From an uncultured SAR86 cluster bacterium (GTDB lineage Bacteria > Pseudomonadota > Gammaproteobacteria > Magnimaribacterales > D2472), in assembly GCA_902563835.1 (NCBI GenBank), contig CACEZB010000004.1:342-64341 (forward strand): 64,000 nt of DNA, read 5' to 3'. A program made the position numbers and the translations under genes. A model generated the notes under the pieces. It was not told the origin of the DNA. It ran no database searches and saw nothing but the letters and a program-made list of their open reading frames with translations. Shown one piece after another: positions 29,588 through 39,836 of the stretch (within the stretch, counting starts at the first letter, position 1; every line of letters starts with the position of its first letter).

Positions 29588-30185
29588 ATTTAATTATTTT
29601 TTATTTCTAATAGCAATTATTTTTATACAATCTTGTGCTACAAGACCGCCAGAAAATCCTGATAACATATGTTTAATTTTTAAAGAGAAAAAAAATTGGT
29701 ATAAGGCAGCAATTAGAAGTGAGAAGCGCTGGAAAATACCACCATATGTCTTAATGTCCTTTGTGTATCAGGAATCAAGTTTTAAATCTGATGCAAGGCC
29801 AGAAAGAGAAAAAATATTAGGTTTTATTCCTTGGTTTAGACCTTCTTCTGCTGTTGGCTATTCCCAGGCTTTAAAAAATACTTGGGAGGATTATAAAGAT
29901 GAGACTGGCAATAGTAGAGCAAATAGGAAAGATTTTAATGATTCAGCTGATTTTATTGGTTGGTATGCAAGTAAAGGATACTATCAAGGTTTTGAAAAAA
30001 CAGACGCTAGATCTTTATATCTTGCCTATCATGAAGGGTATGGAGGCTTTGAAAAGAAAACCTACAGAAAAAAACAGTGGTTGATTAAAGTTGCTGACAG
30101 AGTACAAGCCAAATCAACAAAATATCAAAAACAATATTGGGGATGCGCAAAAGAATTAAAAAGAAAAAGATTTTTATTTTTTTGA
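29574..30185 (+). CDS. Lipoprotein with transglycosylase SLT-like domain
   Basis: Lipobox IQSC, PPENPDNIC, YQESSF, SSAVGYSQA, YLAYHEG. Confidence 0.85.
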   Translation: MKKYKFNYFLFLIAIIFIQSCATRPPENPDNICLIFKEKKNWYKAAIRSEKRWKIPPYVLMSFVYQESSFKSDARPEREKILGFIPWFRPSSAVGYSQALKNTWEDYKDETGNSRANRKDFNDSADFIGWYASKGYYQGFEKTDARSLYLAYHEGYGGFEKKTYRKKQWLIKVADRVQAKSTKYQKQYWGCAKELKRKRFLFF

Positions 30186-33053
30186 CTAAATATTTCTTAT
30201 ATCAAAGTTCAGATTTTTAATTTCTTCAATATAACTTTCACCAGCAATTAATGATCTTTTTGATTCGTTGAATAAGTATTTTCTTGATACTTCAACAAGA
30301 TCGTCAATAGTGCAGCCTTTTACTTTAGATCTAAAGGCTAATCTTTTTTCTTTATCTTTGTTTTCGAGCATACTTTTAAAATCACTTATTGCTTCGCCAT
30401 AAGGTGACAGCGGCTTATCAATGCCAGATATCACACCTAGAATCCCTTCATCTAATTGATCTTGTGAAATATTTTTTATTGACCATTCCCTTGATTTTTT
30501 AAACTCATTAAAAGTTTCACTGCATCTAGGATCGCGATATGAGAAGAATTTAAAAATTTTATTATTTGAATCTTGTATTGCACCAGCACCATATGCGCCT
30601 CCTTTCTCTCTTATAGCTGGATGTAAATACCCCCATTTTAATACTTCTCCAAGTACAGTTAAGGTGGGCGCATCAGGATGAAATGAATCTACTGTAGCAA
30701 ATGCTTCAGCACAATAACAAACCTGAGCACCTGTTATCCATCCAATAGAATTTTCTTGAATATCAAGATAATTTTGAGTTTCAACATTGTTATCAGAGCC
30801 ATCAAATTCAAATTTAATCCTAGTTTTTTCCTGCTCAATAGATGATGCTGTAAAGGTATAAATAGGCGACATTCCTATTTTATTTTTTATTGAAGATAGT
30901 AAATTAATATATTTTATTAGATTATCATTTTCATTAATATTTTTTGATAATTTATTTGTATTTGAAATAAAGTTTAAACCTGAGACCATATCATTTGTTG
31001 CAGCAAGGTTGTTTATTTGCGCTCCAGCATTGCTCATAGCAAGGATATGACCATTTTGAATTAGAGATTTTTCATTATCTGAGTCTATAAAATTTAGCAG
31101 ATCTTTGATTCTATTTTCATTAGTAAAATCAGCTTCTAGAATAGTTTTGATTAATATATCCTGCATTTTGTTTTCATTCATTTCTAGTGATTTTGAAGTA
31201 ATTTTTAAAGCTAATTTATTTTCATTGTTGCCATCACTTGGTAACAGTATAAAATTTGAATAAATACCACCAGTTATAGCTGATTGTATTTTTTGAACTT
31301 CCTCGTAATCCATATTACTGAAGCCTATATTGGTGAGTGTACTTGCAAATAATGAGGCAATTTTGAACTCTTCAGTTGAAAGGTTAGAACATGGATAAAT
31401 TATTGAATGATATGTAATCCCATTTGTTCCAGTTTTATAAAAGTAATTATCTATATTTCCAGTCTTAGTTATAGTTGATTCTGCGTAATTTCTGATATGT
31501 GGAATATCTTCTTTTGTTACCTTTGGAAGCACTTCAGGGTCATCAATAGTTTCTTGTCTTTCTTTTAATTTTGATGAGAGGCTAATTATTTGTTGTTTAT
31601 CCTTTTCTGATAATTTTTTTGATTTTTGGGTAATTTTGTTTTTAATCCTTTCTTCATTCTTATTATTGAACTCTGGATCAGGAATTAAAGCATAATTTAC
31701 TCTATGATTATTTTTAATAATCCTTTCTTCAATTATTTTCTCAATATAATTTTCTTCTTTTAATTTGTCCTTAATAATTGAAAATGATGAATCTAGATCT
31801 AAAACTTTTAGCGGATCATCATTATGAATGCAAGCCGGCAGACAACTTAACATAATTTGAAGACCATAAGGCATCCCAGACCCAGTAATCTCTCTTTGTT
31901 TTATTTCTAATTGATGAAGGGAGGATTCAATAATATTTTTATCAATCCCTTTTTCTACAACATCTTTTAAACAATTCAATATTAAATCTTGGACCTCTTG
32001 TTGTTTATTAGATTCAACTCCCTCTAGGCCTGCTACAAAAACTAATTCTTTGTGATCAGCCTCAAGCCCAGTTAATGGAGAGAGTGATTTCCCAAGATTA
32101 GTTTTCTCAAGAGCTTTCTTAAGTGGCGATGCAGAATTATCTAATAATATATCAGTCATTAAAATTGACTCTAGCAATTCAACAGGGTTATGACTCTCGC
32201 CCAAAAGCCAGCTTAAGACCACATGATGATTGTTCTCATCATTTGGCATTGGATTATAAAATTCTTCAACAGTTTTGGGAGAAGTTATCCTATCTTCATT
32301 TTGAACATTAATTGATTGATTGGATGGCTCAAAATTAGTTAATACATTTTCGTTTATAAAACTTTGTAGTTCATCAACATCAATATTTCCATATGAAAAG
32401 AAAGTAGCGTTTGAAGGATGGTAATGTTTTTGATGGAAGTTGACTAAATTTTCATGAGTAAGGTCAATAATATTTTCTGGGTTTCCACCGCTATTATGTT
32501 TATATGTAGAAGATGGATATAAATGTTTTGATAATCCATGCCATAGTTGACTAGTTACAGTGCTCATAGCACCTTTCATCTCATTAAATACGACCCCTTT
32601 AACTTCTAATTCACTATTTATATTTTCTTGATCACTAAATTCAAGTCTATGACCCTCTTGATAGAAATCTAATTTATCTAGATTGGGGAAAAAGGATGAA
32701 TCAAGATATACACTTAGCAGGTTTTTAAAATCTTTATCATTAAGTGTAGCAAATGGATATGCAGTCCAATCGCTAGATGTAAATGCATTCATAAAAGTAT
32801 TAAGTGATCTTCGTATCATCATAAAAAATGGGTCCCTAACAGGATATTTTTTAGATCCACAGAGTGCGGTATGTTCTAATATGTGTGCAACACCGGTAGA
32901 ATCTTCAGGTATCGTCCTAAAAGCAACCATAAATACTTTTTCATCGCTATTAGAATCTAAATGAATATGCTTGCAATTAAATTCAGATTCAGTATATATT
33001 TGTGCATTGAGGTCTAATAATTTTATAAATTTTTGGTCTTCTAAATTAAACAT
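30186..33053 (-). CDS. M16C (insulinase family) metallopeptidase, presequence-protease-like
   Basis: GVAHILEHTALCGS (HxxEH), FMNAFT, GVVFNEMKG, REKGGAYG, SYRDP. Confidence 0.95.
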   Translation of the reverse strand: MFNLEDQKFIKLLDLNAQIYTESEFNCKHIHLDSNSDEKVFMVAFRTIPEDSTGVAHILEHTALCGSKKYPVRDPFFMMIRRSLNTFMNAFTSSDWTAYPFATLNDKDFKNLLSVYLDSSFFPNLDKLDFYQEGHRLEFSDQENINSELEVKGVVFNEMKGAMSTVTSQLWHGLSKHLYPSSTYKHNSGGNPENIIDLTHENLVNFHQKHYHPSNATFFSYGNIDVDELQSFINENVLTNFEPSNQSINVQNEDRITSPKTVEEFYNPMPNDENNHHVVLSWLLGESHNPVELLESILMTDILLDNSASPLKKALEKTNLGKSLSPLTGLEADHKELVFVAGLEGVESNKQQEVQDLILNCLKDVVEKGIDKNIIESSLHQLEIKQREITGSGMPYGLQIMLSCLPACIHNDDPLKVLDLDSSFSIIKDKLKEENYIEKIIEERIIKNNHRVNYALIPDPEFNNKNEERIKNKITQKSKKLSEKDKQQIISLSSKLKERQETIDDPEVLPKVTKEDIPHIRNYAESTITKTGNIDNYFYKTGTNGITYHSIIYPCSNLSTEEFKIASLFASTLTNIGFSNMDYEEVQKIQSAITGGIYSNFILLPSDGNNENKLALKITSKSLEMNENKMQDILIKTILEADFTNENRIKDLLNFIDSDNEKSLIQNGHILAMSNAGAQINNLAATNDMVSGLNFISNTNKLSKNINENDNLIKYINLLSSIKNKIGMSPIYTFTASSIEQEKTRIKFEFDGSDNNVETQNYLDIQENSIGWITGAQVCYCAEAFATVDSFHPDAPTLTVLGEVLKWGYLHPAIREKGGAYGAGAIQDSNNKIFKFFSYRDPRCSETFNEFKKSREWSIKNISQDQLDEGILGVISGIDKPLSPYGEAISDFKSMLENKDKEKRLAFRSKVKGCTIDDLVEVSRKYLFNESKRSLIAGESYIEEIKNLNFDIRNI

Positions 33054-33062
33054 ATAATATCT

Positions 33063-33596
33063 ATGAAAAATACAACAATTCTAACAAGCTTAATACTTCT
33101 AATTGGATGTTCAACCACTTATTCTAATCTTAAGATTGATTCAATTGAGACTTTTAATCTAGATAATTATAACGATTTTAATATAAAGATAAATGATTCA
33201 AGTATTAGCGCAGATGTAAACCCCATTGTTCTTGAAAAATTCAAACAAAAATTAAAAAATGCAATTGAAGAGAAAGGATTGCAATATAAAAAAGATTCAA
33301 ATTTAGTATTTGATATTAACTTTACTACAAAAGATGTAGTAGAGTCTGACAGGTTGGGCTATTATCCTCCAAATGCTACCTTTATTCATTCAAATTACTA
33401 TAGGTATAACTATGCTTTTAGAGATCATGTCTATACTTTTACTAATAACATTTTAAGAGTAAATTTAAAAGATATTGAACAGGATAAGACTGTTTGGACT
33501 GTTGTTACTGTATGGAGAGACGGTTCAAGCAGATCAATTTCATCAGAAGATGCTTCAAATGTTCTTGTTGATGAAATAATGATAAGTTTTTTATAA
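33063..33596 (+). CDS. Lipoprotein, DUF4136-like
   Basis: Lipobox LIGC; size, aromatic-rich loop and LRVNLKD..KTVW pattern. Confidence 0.68.
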   Translation: MKNTTILTSLILLIGCSTTYSNLKIDSIETFNLDNYNDFNIKINDSSISADVNPIVLEKFKQKLKNAIEEKGLQYKKDSNLVFDINFTTKDVVESDRLGYYPPNATFIHSNYYRYNYAFRDHVYTFTNNILRVNLKDIEQDKTVWTVVTVWRDGSSRSISSEDASNVLVDEIMISFL

Positions 33597-33604
33597 ATTA
33601 AGTT

Positions 33605-35320
33605 GTGTTTAAAAAATTTGCAGCATTTTCCATAATATTTTTTTTATTATCATGCTCTGACAATCAAGCGCTAGATATTGATGTGCCTTCAACCTCTAAA
33701 GTTGAAAAATTAATAGAACATTCCAAAGAATTTGAACGACAGGTTATATCATTTAATACACCAGGAGGAAAGATTCATTTTGCAATTGGGTTCGGTATTG
33801 CAAATTCAATAATGGTGGAAGGGGATGGAGGAAATATTATTATTGATGCCTCAGATAGTGTTTTTGAAGCTGAAAAAATTTATTCCTTATTTGCTAAACA
33901 AAACTCCAATCCTATAAAGGCAATTATATACACCCATAACCATGGCGATCATACCTTTGGAACTGCATATTATTTAAAGAATCAAAAAGAAAAACCACAA
34001 ATAATAGCGCATGAAGATACAGATTATTATGTTCAAAGGATAATGGGTATTTTGAACCCAATTATTACTCAAAGAAGTACAAGAATGTTTGGAACACTTC
34101 TTCCCAAAGAAGACTTTATTAATGTTGGCATTGGGGCGAGTTTAAATGTATCGAAATCTCCAACCGGATATATAAAACCTGATATAACTTTTCAAGATAC
34201 TTTAAAGACAAATATTGCAGGAATAGAAATTGAACTCTACCACGCCCCAGGAGAAACAGATGATCAGCTATTTGTTTGGCTACCAAATCATAAATCTTTG
34301 ATGCCAGGAGATAATATTTATAAAACATTTCCAAATTTATATACCATAAGAGGGACCACGCACAGAGATGTAATAGGTTGGATAAATAGTATCGATCATA
34401 TGCAATCATTTGAGCCAGAGTTTCTTTTTCCAAGTCATACGAAGCCGGTAGTTGGAAGAAATAAAATCAAGGAAGTGCTTATAGTTTATAGAGACGCTAT
34501 TCAGTATATTCATGACCAAACAATTAGACTAATGAATCAAGGGTACTATCCAGATCAAATTGTTGAGATGGTTGAGTTGCCTGAGGATATCTCAAACTCA
34601 CCTTATTTATATGAGTTTTATGGAACAGTAAGATGGTCTGTTAAAAGTATATTTAATGGATATCTTGGATGGTTCAATGGAAATCCTTCAGAATTAGATC
34701 CATTATCTAGAGAGGAAAAAGCTAAAAGAGTTTCTAATTTAGCAGGTGGTAATGACAATTTATTAAGCCAATTAAAAGCAGCTGTTAAAGATGAAGATAT
34801 GCAATGGGCTCTCGAACTAAGTGATTATTTAATTGCTTTAGATTTTTTTAATGATGAAGTTAAAAATTTAAGACAACAAGCATTAATATATGAAGGTTCA
34901 AGATCATCTAATCCTAATAAAAGAAATTATTTTTTGACATCGGCATTGGAACTTCAAAAGGGGTTTAATGGATTTCCTATTTCAGTAACCAATGAAGAGC
35001 TATTAGAAGAAATTTCAATAGATACATTTTTTGATGTCCTTTCTGTTAGATTTAATCCCAAGAAGCATAATAATGATATTTTTAGGGTATGTTTTAATTT
35101 CTCTTCTGGAGTAACAAAAAATATTACTTTAAGAAACAGCGTTGCAGTTATATCAAATTCTAAACAAATAGATTGCAATATTTCTATTCAAACTAAAGAG
35201 GAAGAGTTTAAGAAAATATTAATGGGTATTGGTAACCCAGTTGCTTCAATAGCTTCAGGAAATATTACTGTAGAAGGTGGTAATATTGCTTTTTTAGAAT
35301 TTTTAACTAAGTTTCAATAA
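33605..35320 (+). CDS. Alkyl/aryl sulfatase (SdsA1/BDS1-type MBL fold with SCP2-like C-terminus), lipoprotein
   Basis: Lipobox LLSC, THNHGDH, PGETDD, PNLYTIRG, PSH, EFYG, YLGWFNGNP. Confidence 0.92.
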   Translation: MFKKFAAFSIIFFLLSCSDNQALDIDVPSTSKVEKLIEHSKEFERQVISFNTPGGKIHFAIGFGIANSIMVEGDGGNIIIDASDSVFEAEKIYSLFAKQNSNPIKAIIYTHNHGDHTFGTAYYLKNQKEKPQIIAHEDTDYYVQRIMGILNPIITQRSTRMFGTLLPKEDFINVGIGASLNVSKSPTGYIKPDITFQDTLKTNIAGIEIELYHAPGETDDQLFVWLPNHKSLMPGDNIYKTFPNLYTIRGTTHRDVIGWINSIDHMQSFEPEFLFPSHTKPVVGRNKIKEVLIVYRDAIQYIHDQTIRLMNQGYYPDQIVEMVELPEDISNSPYLYEFYGTVRWSVKSIFNGYLGWFNGNPSELDPLSREEKAKRVSNLAGGNDNLLSQLKAAVKDEDMQWALELSDYLIALDFFNDEVKNLRQQALIYEGSRSSNPNKRNYFLTSALELQKGFNGFPISVTNEELLEEISIDTFFDVLSVRFNPKKHNNDIFRVCFNFSSGVTKNITLRNSVAVISNSKQIDCNISIQTKEEEFKKILMGIGNPVASIASGNITVEGGNIAFLEFLTKFQ

Positions 35321-35321
35321 A

Positions 35322-36542
35322 CTAAGAATTACCTGAAGGAATATCTTTATATGCTAATCCTTTATCAGCTCGAGGTTCTTGAGGAAGACCTAATACTCTT
35401 TCAGCAATAATATTTCTAAGAATTTCATCTGTACCACCTGCTATTCTCATACCTGGGGCTCCTAGCCAAGCCATTTGAAATTTTTTAATATCTGGATCAT
35501 CAGTTTTAAGCATTCCTGCCATATCTAGTGAATCAATTCCAAAATTACCAATATCTTGAAGTTTACCAGCGCTAACAATTTTTGTAATAGAAGCCTCTGG
35601 TCCAGGTGTATCTCCTTTTGAAAGGGCAGACATAGTTCTTAGTTTAGTATTTTTTAAACCACTTTTTTCACAGTACCAATCAGCAATAGATGATCTAGCA
35701 GCTTTGTTATTTAATAAAGGTTCTCCTAGACTATCTTGAGTCTTAGCCCATCTAAAAGCATCCTCCACATCTACACCATCAGCATCTCCAACTGCTAGTC
35801 TTTCATTCATTAGGGTAGTAATCGCAACCTTCCAGCCATCTCCAATTTCTCCAAGTCGTTGAGAGTCTGGTATTTCAACATCAGTAAAATAAACTTCATT
35901 AAAACTTGAGCCACCAGTTATTTGTTTTATTGGTTTTACTTCGATACCAGGCGATTTCATATCAACAAAAAAGAAAGTAAGGCCTTTATGTTTTTCAAGT
36001 TCTGGATCATGTCTAACTACTAAAATCCCATAATCTGAAAAGTGTGCACCCGATGTCCATACTTTTTGACCATTAATAATCCATTTATCACCATCTTGTA
36101 CTGCTTTACTTCTTAATCCAGCAACATCGGATCCAGCAGACGGCTCAGAGAATAATTGACACCATATTTCTTTACCCTCTGCCATAGGAGGTAAATATCT
36201 TTCTTTTTGTTCTTCAGAAGCATATTGCATCATAACGGGTCCGCACATTCCTAATCCTATTTCAAAGATACCCTTAGGAACGTCAAATTTAGATTCTTCA
36301 TTTGCCCAAATGATTCTTTCTATTGGTGAAGCACCTATACCTCCATATTCTTTTGGCCAATGCAGCATTGCCCAACCAGCATCATATTTTTTCTTTTGCC
36401 ATAATTTTGCTTCTTCAAGAACATCTTTATTTGCAAAAGACGGCTCTTTTGAAGCATTGTCTTTATGTTTAGCATTTTTTTCTAGCCATTCTCTGCAAGT
36501 TTTTCTAAATTTAGCTTGTTCTGGTGTATCGTTAAAATCCAT
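35322..36542 (-). CDS. Acyl-CoA dehydrogenase
   Basis: WCQLFSEPSAGSD, NGQKVWTS, FNEVYF, TLMNER, IAGGTDEILRNII. Confidence 0.94.
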   Translation of the reverse strand: MDFNDTPEQAKFRKTCREWLEKNAKHKDNASKEPSFANKDVLEEAKLWQKKKYDAGWAMLHWPKEYGGIGASPIERIIWANEESKFDVPKGIFEIGLGMCGPVMMQYASEEQKERYLPPMAEGKEIWCQLFSEPSAGSDVAGLRSKAVQDGDKWIINGQKVWTSGAHFSDYGILVVRHDPELEKHKGLTFFFVDMKSPGIEVKPIKQITGGSSFNEVYFTDVEIPDSQRLGEIGDGWKVAITTLMNERLAVGDADGVDVEDAFRWAKTQDSLGEPLLNNKAARSSIADWYCEKSGLKNTKLRTMSALSKGDTPGPEASITKIVSAGKLQDIGNFGIDSLDMAGMLKTDDPDIKKFQMAWLGAPGMRIAGGTDEILRNIIAERVLGLPQEPRADKGLAYKDIPSGNS

Positions 36543-36552
36543 ATTTATATTC

Positions 36553-37665
36553 CTAATTAATATTTGATTGTTCTAAACTAATCACTAACTTCTCTCTCCA
36601 ATTACTCAATGAACCTATATTTAATGATAAAAGCTTTGATCTTCTATAAAACATATGACAATCATATTCCCAAGTAAAACCATTTCCCCCATGTGTTTGA
36701 ATATTTTCTTTTGAGCATAATTGGAAAGCTTTTGTAGCACTAACTCTTGCTGTGGCAGACGCTGAAGGTAAATCAGAAGCATTAGTCGATAATGCCCATG
36801 CAGCATAATAACAGTTAGATTTGGCTAACGTTAAAGCTACATACATATCTGCAAGCTTATGCTTTATAGCCTGAAAAGATCCAATTGGTCTGCCAAAAGC
36901 ATATCTTTCTTTTGCATAGTTAATCGCCATATCTAACGATGCTTGCGAACCACCAATTTGTTCATATGCAAATAAAACAGCTGCTTGGTTGATTAATAAT
37001 TCGTAAAGATCCCAGCCACTTCCATCATCTCCTATAAGATCACATTTAGCATTTTCAAAAGCAATTGAAAAATGACCTCTACTTTCATCTATATTTTCTT
37101 GGTGTTCAACAGTTACCCCAGACGAGGACAAATCAACTAGTTGAAGAGAAATACCATTATTTGTTTTACATACTACTATTGTATGTGTTGCTATTTCCGC
37201 ATCTGGGACTCCAATTTTTTTGCCATTTAGAGTTCCATTTTCAGATAAAGTTTCAATATTATCAGATGTAGGAGCTTGAAATGATTCAGTTATAGCTAGC
37301 GTACCTACGACTTCACCGCTAACAAGTTTAGGGAGAAGATCTTTTTTAATCTCATCACTTGCATAATTTATGATTGCTTCAGTGAATAAATATACTGAAG
37401 AAGAGAATGGAACAGGAGCAAGAAATCTACCTAGTTCTTCAGCAATAACACATAATTCAAGGTGACCTAAACCAAGCCCACCATAATCCTCTGGTACTCT
37501 TATGCCTGTCCAGCCCAAATCTACAATCTTTTTCCAAAGCTCTTTGTCGACTTTATTACTGTTTTCAAGAACAGATCTATTTCTAGAAAGTGTTTGTTCT
37601 TTATCGAGAAACTTTCTTGCTTCTTGCTGAAGAAACTTTTGATCATCTGAAAAGTCTAAATTCAT
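36553..37665 (-). CDS. Acyl-CoA dehydrogenase family protein (probable partner subunit)
   Basis: ERYAFGRPIGSFQAIKHKLAD, IQTHGGNGFTWEYDCH; lacks the GGTxE segment. Confidence 0.92.
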   Translation of the reverse strand: MNLDFSDDQKFLQQEARKFLDKEQTLSRNRSVLENSNKVDKELWKKIVDLGWTGIRVPEDYGGLGLGHLELCVIAEELGRFLAPVPFSSSVYLFTEAIINYASDEIKKDLLPKLVSGEVVGTLAITESFQAPTSDNIETLSENGTLNGKKIGVPDAEIATHTIVVCKTNNGISLQLVDLSSSGVTVEHQENIDESRGHFSIAFENAKCDLIGDDGSGWDLYELLINQAAVLFAYEQIGGSQASLDMAINYAKERYAFGRPIGSFQAIKHKLADMYVALTLAKSNCYYAAWALSTNASDLPSASATARVSATKAFQLCSKENIQTHGGNGFTWEYDCHMFYRRSKLLSLNIGSLSNWREKLVISLEQSNIN

Positions 37666-37735
37666 TAATACACTACTAAGTTAAGGTAAAATAGATAATT
37701 ATTATATGCTAAAAAAAGTTTATTTTTAATTAGAT

Positions 37736-38377
37736 ATGGATAGAGATATAAAAGTTAATAAAAAACTACCCTCATATCTTGAGAGAGCGGGGAGTGGCGG
37801 GCTGCTTGTGGGCTTTATATATGTGGTTGCTTTTATGAGTATATTGTTATTAGGTATTTGGCAGACCTTTGAATCAGAGAACAATAAATCTACTTTAACA
37901 AGCATTGATGAAAGAATTTCATTAATCGAAGAGCAAATTAATATAGTTGATGAGACTAACAATGACTCTATGACTGATATAACATCTTCAATTCAGTTTC
38001 TTGATAAAGAAATTAGAAAATTATGGGATTTAAGTAATAAAAGAAATAAAGTAGATATTAAAAAATTGACTGAACAGCTTACCAATCTCGATAAATTATT
38101 TTCTAAACTACAAAAAGATGTTGAAGCAAATCAATTAAATCTAAACTCTATGAAAAAAAATATTGATTTAAATTTATCTAAAATTGATGAGTTAGGGCTC
38201 TCTGCAGAAGATTTACAGTCATTAAGACTTAGTCTCAGCAACATCAATACCCAATTAATGCTTCTAGACGATTCTGTGCAAGCATTAAATAATTATAAGA
38301 ACCAACTTAATCAAGTAATTTTAGAAATTCAAACTCAGGTATCTAGCATCCAAAATCAATCTATCGGTAACAATTAA
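37736..38377 (+). CDS. Membrane-anchored coiled-coil protein, unknown function
   Basis: One TM followed by a long heptad-rich region (DKEIRKLWDLSNKRNK). Confidence 0.7.
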   Translation: MDRDIKVNKKLPSYLERAGSGGLLVGFIYVVAFMSILLLGIWQTFESENNKSTLTSIDERISLIEEQINIVDETNNDSMTDITSSIQFLDKEIRKLWDLSNKRNKVDIKKLTEQLTNLDKLFSKLQKDVEANQLNLNSMKKNIDLNLSKIDELGLSAEDLQSLRLSLSNINTQLMLLDDSVQALNNYKNQLNQVILEIQTQVSSIQNQSIGNN

Positions 38378-38420
38378 CCATAAAATTGACAATCATAGTA
38401 AATAATAGTTTTATAGGGTT

Positions 38421-38633
38421 ATGAATAAATTTGTTCTACAAGTTTTCTTATTTCTAGCTTTTATACCGCTTGCTATTTTAATAGGATATGGCGTTCTGGT
38501 AATAGCGCCAATTTTTTGTTGTTTTCTTGCAATTAATTCATATAAGTTTAACAATTATAGGGAAATGTATATTTGGATGGGCTTTGGAGTTTTATCCTTT
38601 TTACTTGCTTTATATATGTTGGGGGTTTTATGA
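38421..38633 (+). CDS. Small hypothetical membrane protein
   Basis: 70-aa hydrophobic ORF; TTGACA promoter-like hexamer upstream; ATGA-coupled to the next gene. Confidence 0.65.
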   Translation: MNKFVLQVFLFLAFIPLAILIGYGVLVIAPIFCCFLAINSYKFNNYREMYIWMGFGVLSFLLALYMLGVL

Positions 38634-39028
38634 GATCATTAATTGCAAGATCAATACTTGTAATATTAGGCGGCACTATGGTCGCTATGGCACTAATCAC
38701 AATTTTTTCTCCTGAAGTTGGTAATAGATTTTTGCCACCAGTTGAGTTAGGTAATGCTGCTTTATCTACAATGATTAGAACTTATGCAGGTTTTTGGTTG
38801 GGTTGCGGCTATCTTACAATTAGATTTGTATATTCATCTTCTAAAGTACAAATAGGAAGTGTTTTGTTATATATATTTGGATGTATGATTATAGGTAGAT
38901 TAGCAAGCATATTTTACGATGGATATAATATTCATTCCTTGATAAGTTTGGGCTTAGGGATTTTATTATTCTTATCACTTTATACAGTTCATCAATTAAG
39001 AAAAAATCAACTAGATTACAATCTTTAA
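38630..39028 (+). CDS. DUF4345-like membrane protein
   Basis: Four TMs, IRTYAGFWLG and GRLASIFYDG patterns. Confidence 0.7.
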   Translation: MRSLIARSILVILGGTMVAMALITIFSPEVGNRFLPPVELGNAALSTMIRTYAGFWLGCGYLTIRFVYSSSKVQIGSVLLYIFGCMIIGRLASIFYDGYNIHSLISLGLGILLFLSLYTVHQLRKNQLDYNL

Positions 39029-39081
39029 AACACAAAATATTTTTCACTAAAAGAACATAACTATATATAATGCATAGGCTT

Positions 39082-39166
39082 GGGGATGTGGTGGAACTGG
39101 TAGACACGCTTGGCTTAGAACCAAGTGCCGCAAGGCGTGGGGGTTCGACTCCCTCCATCCCTACCA
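39082..39166 (+). tRNA. tRNA-Leu (UAG)
   Basis: Anticodon arm CTTGG-CT-TAG-AA-CCAAG, long variable arm GCCGCAAGGC, GGTTCGACTCC, encoded CCA. Confidence 0.96.
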
Positions 39167-39175
39167 AATATTATT

Positions 39176-39808
39176 ATGAGCATGAATAAAGTTGCAATTT
39201 TTGGGAAAAAAGACTCAATAGCTAAGTATGATCTTACTGACAATAAACCAGTATGGGTCGGGGAATTACCTAAAGGACAAATACCATATGTAATTGCTCA
39301 ATATGAGAATTATATTCTTGTCTTTAGTTGGGCTTGGTTTGGATCAAAAATGATTCATTGTTTTCGAGAAGATTCTGGTGACTCTTTATGGTCACATTAC
39401 CAAGAAACATTGCACAGCTCGATGATCCCATTTCTCCCTCATACTTTTGAAAATCACATGTACTACTTAGCATCTTCAAAAGAGGTAGCAAAATTATCAT
39501 GGGAGACTGGAAAGATTGTTTTTAGAAAAAGATTTAAAAAATCAATTTTTAATCAATATGGGTTAGGAATAATATCTGATGAAGTAGTGTTAATATCAAA
39601 AAAAGATGCATTAATTGTTAATAAAGAAACAGGTGATACAAAATCATATCCTGAACTTGCCAAGAAATTAAACTTAAAAGAAATAACTTCAGCATTAGGA
39701 AACGGAATCACATTTATGTCTTTAATATCTTTAACTCACCCTCAAGCTACAGATGGCGGAGTTTATGGCGGTGATGGTGGAGGTGGTGGCGGAGATGGCG
39801 GAGGATAG
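39176..39808 (+). CDS. Hypothetical protein, PQQ-like beta-propeller repeats with Gly/Asp-rich tail
   Basis: Repeating DSGDSLW, ETGKIVF, ETGDTK blade-like motifs; start moved downstream of the tRNA. Confidence 0.6.
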   Translation: MSMNKVAIFGKKDSIAKYDLTDNKPVWVGELPKGQIPYVIAQYENYILVFSWAWFGSKMIHCFREDSGDSLWSHYQETLHSSMIPFLPHTFENHMYYLASSKEVAKLSWETGKIVFRKRFKKSIFNQYGLGIISDEVVLISKKDALIVNKETGDTKSYPELAKKLNLKEITSALGNGITFMSLISLTHPQATDGGVYGGDGGGGGGDGGG

Positions 39809-39836
39809 ATCTATATATAACTAAAAGGAATAAAAT

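Noticed and set aside
38889-39175. ORF 38889-39167 (-) and the 39125 start of the next ORF
   Set aside because: Both read through tRNA-Leu (MVGMEGVEPP is the antisense T-arm); the true start is 39176 or 39182
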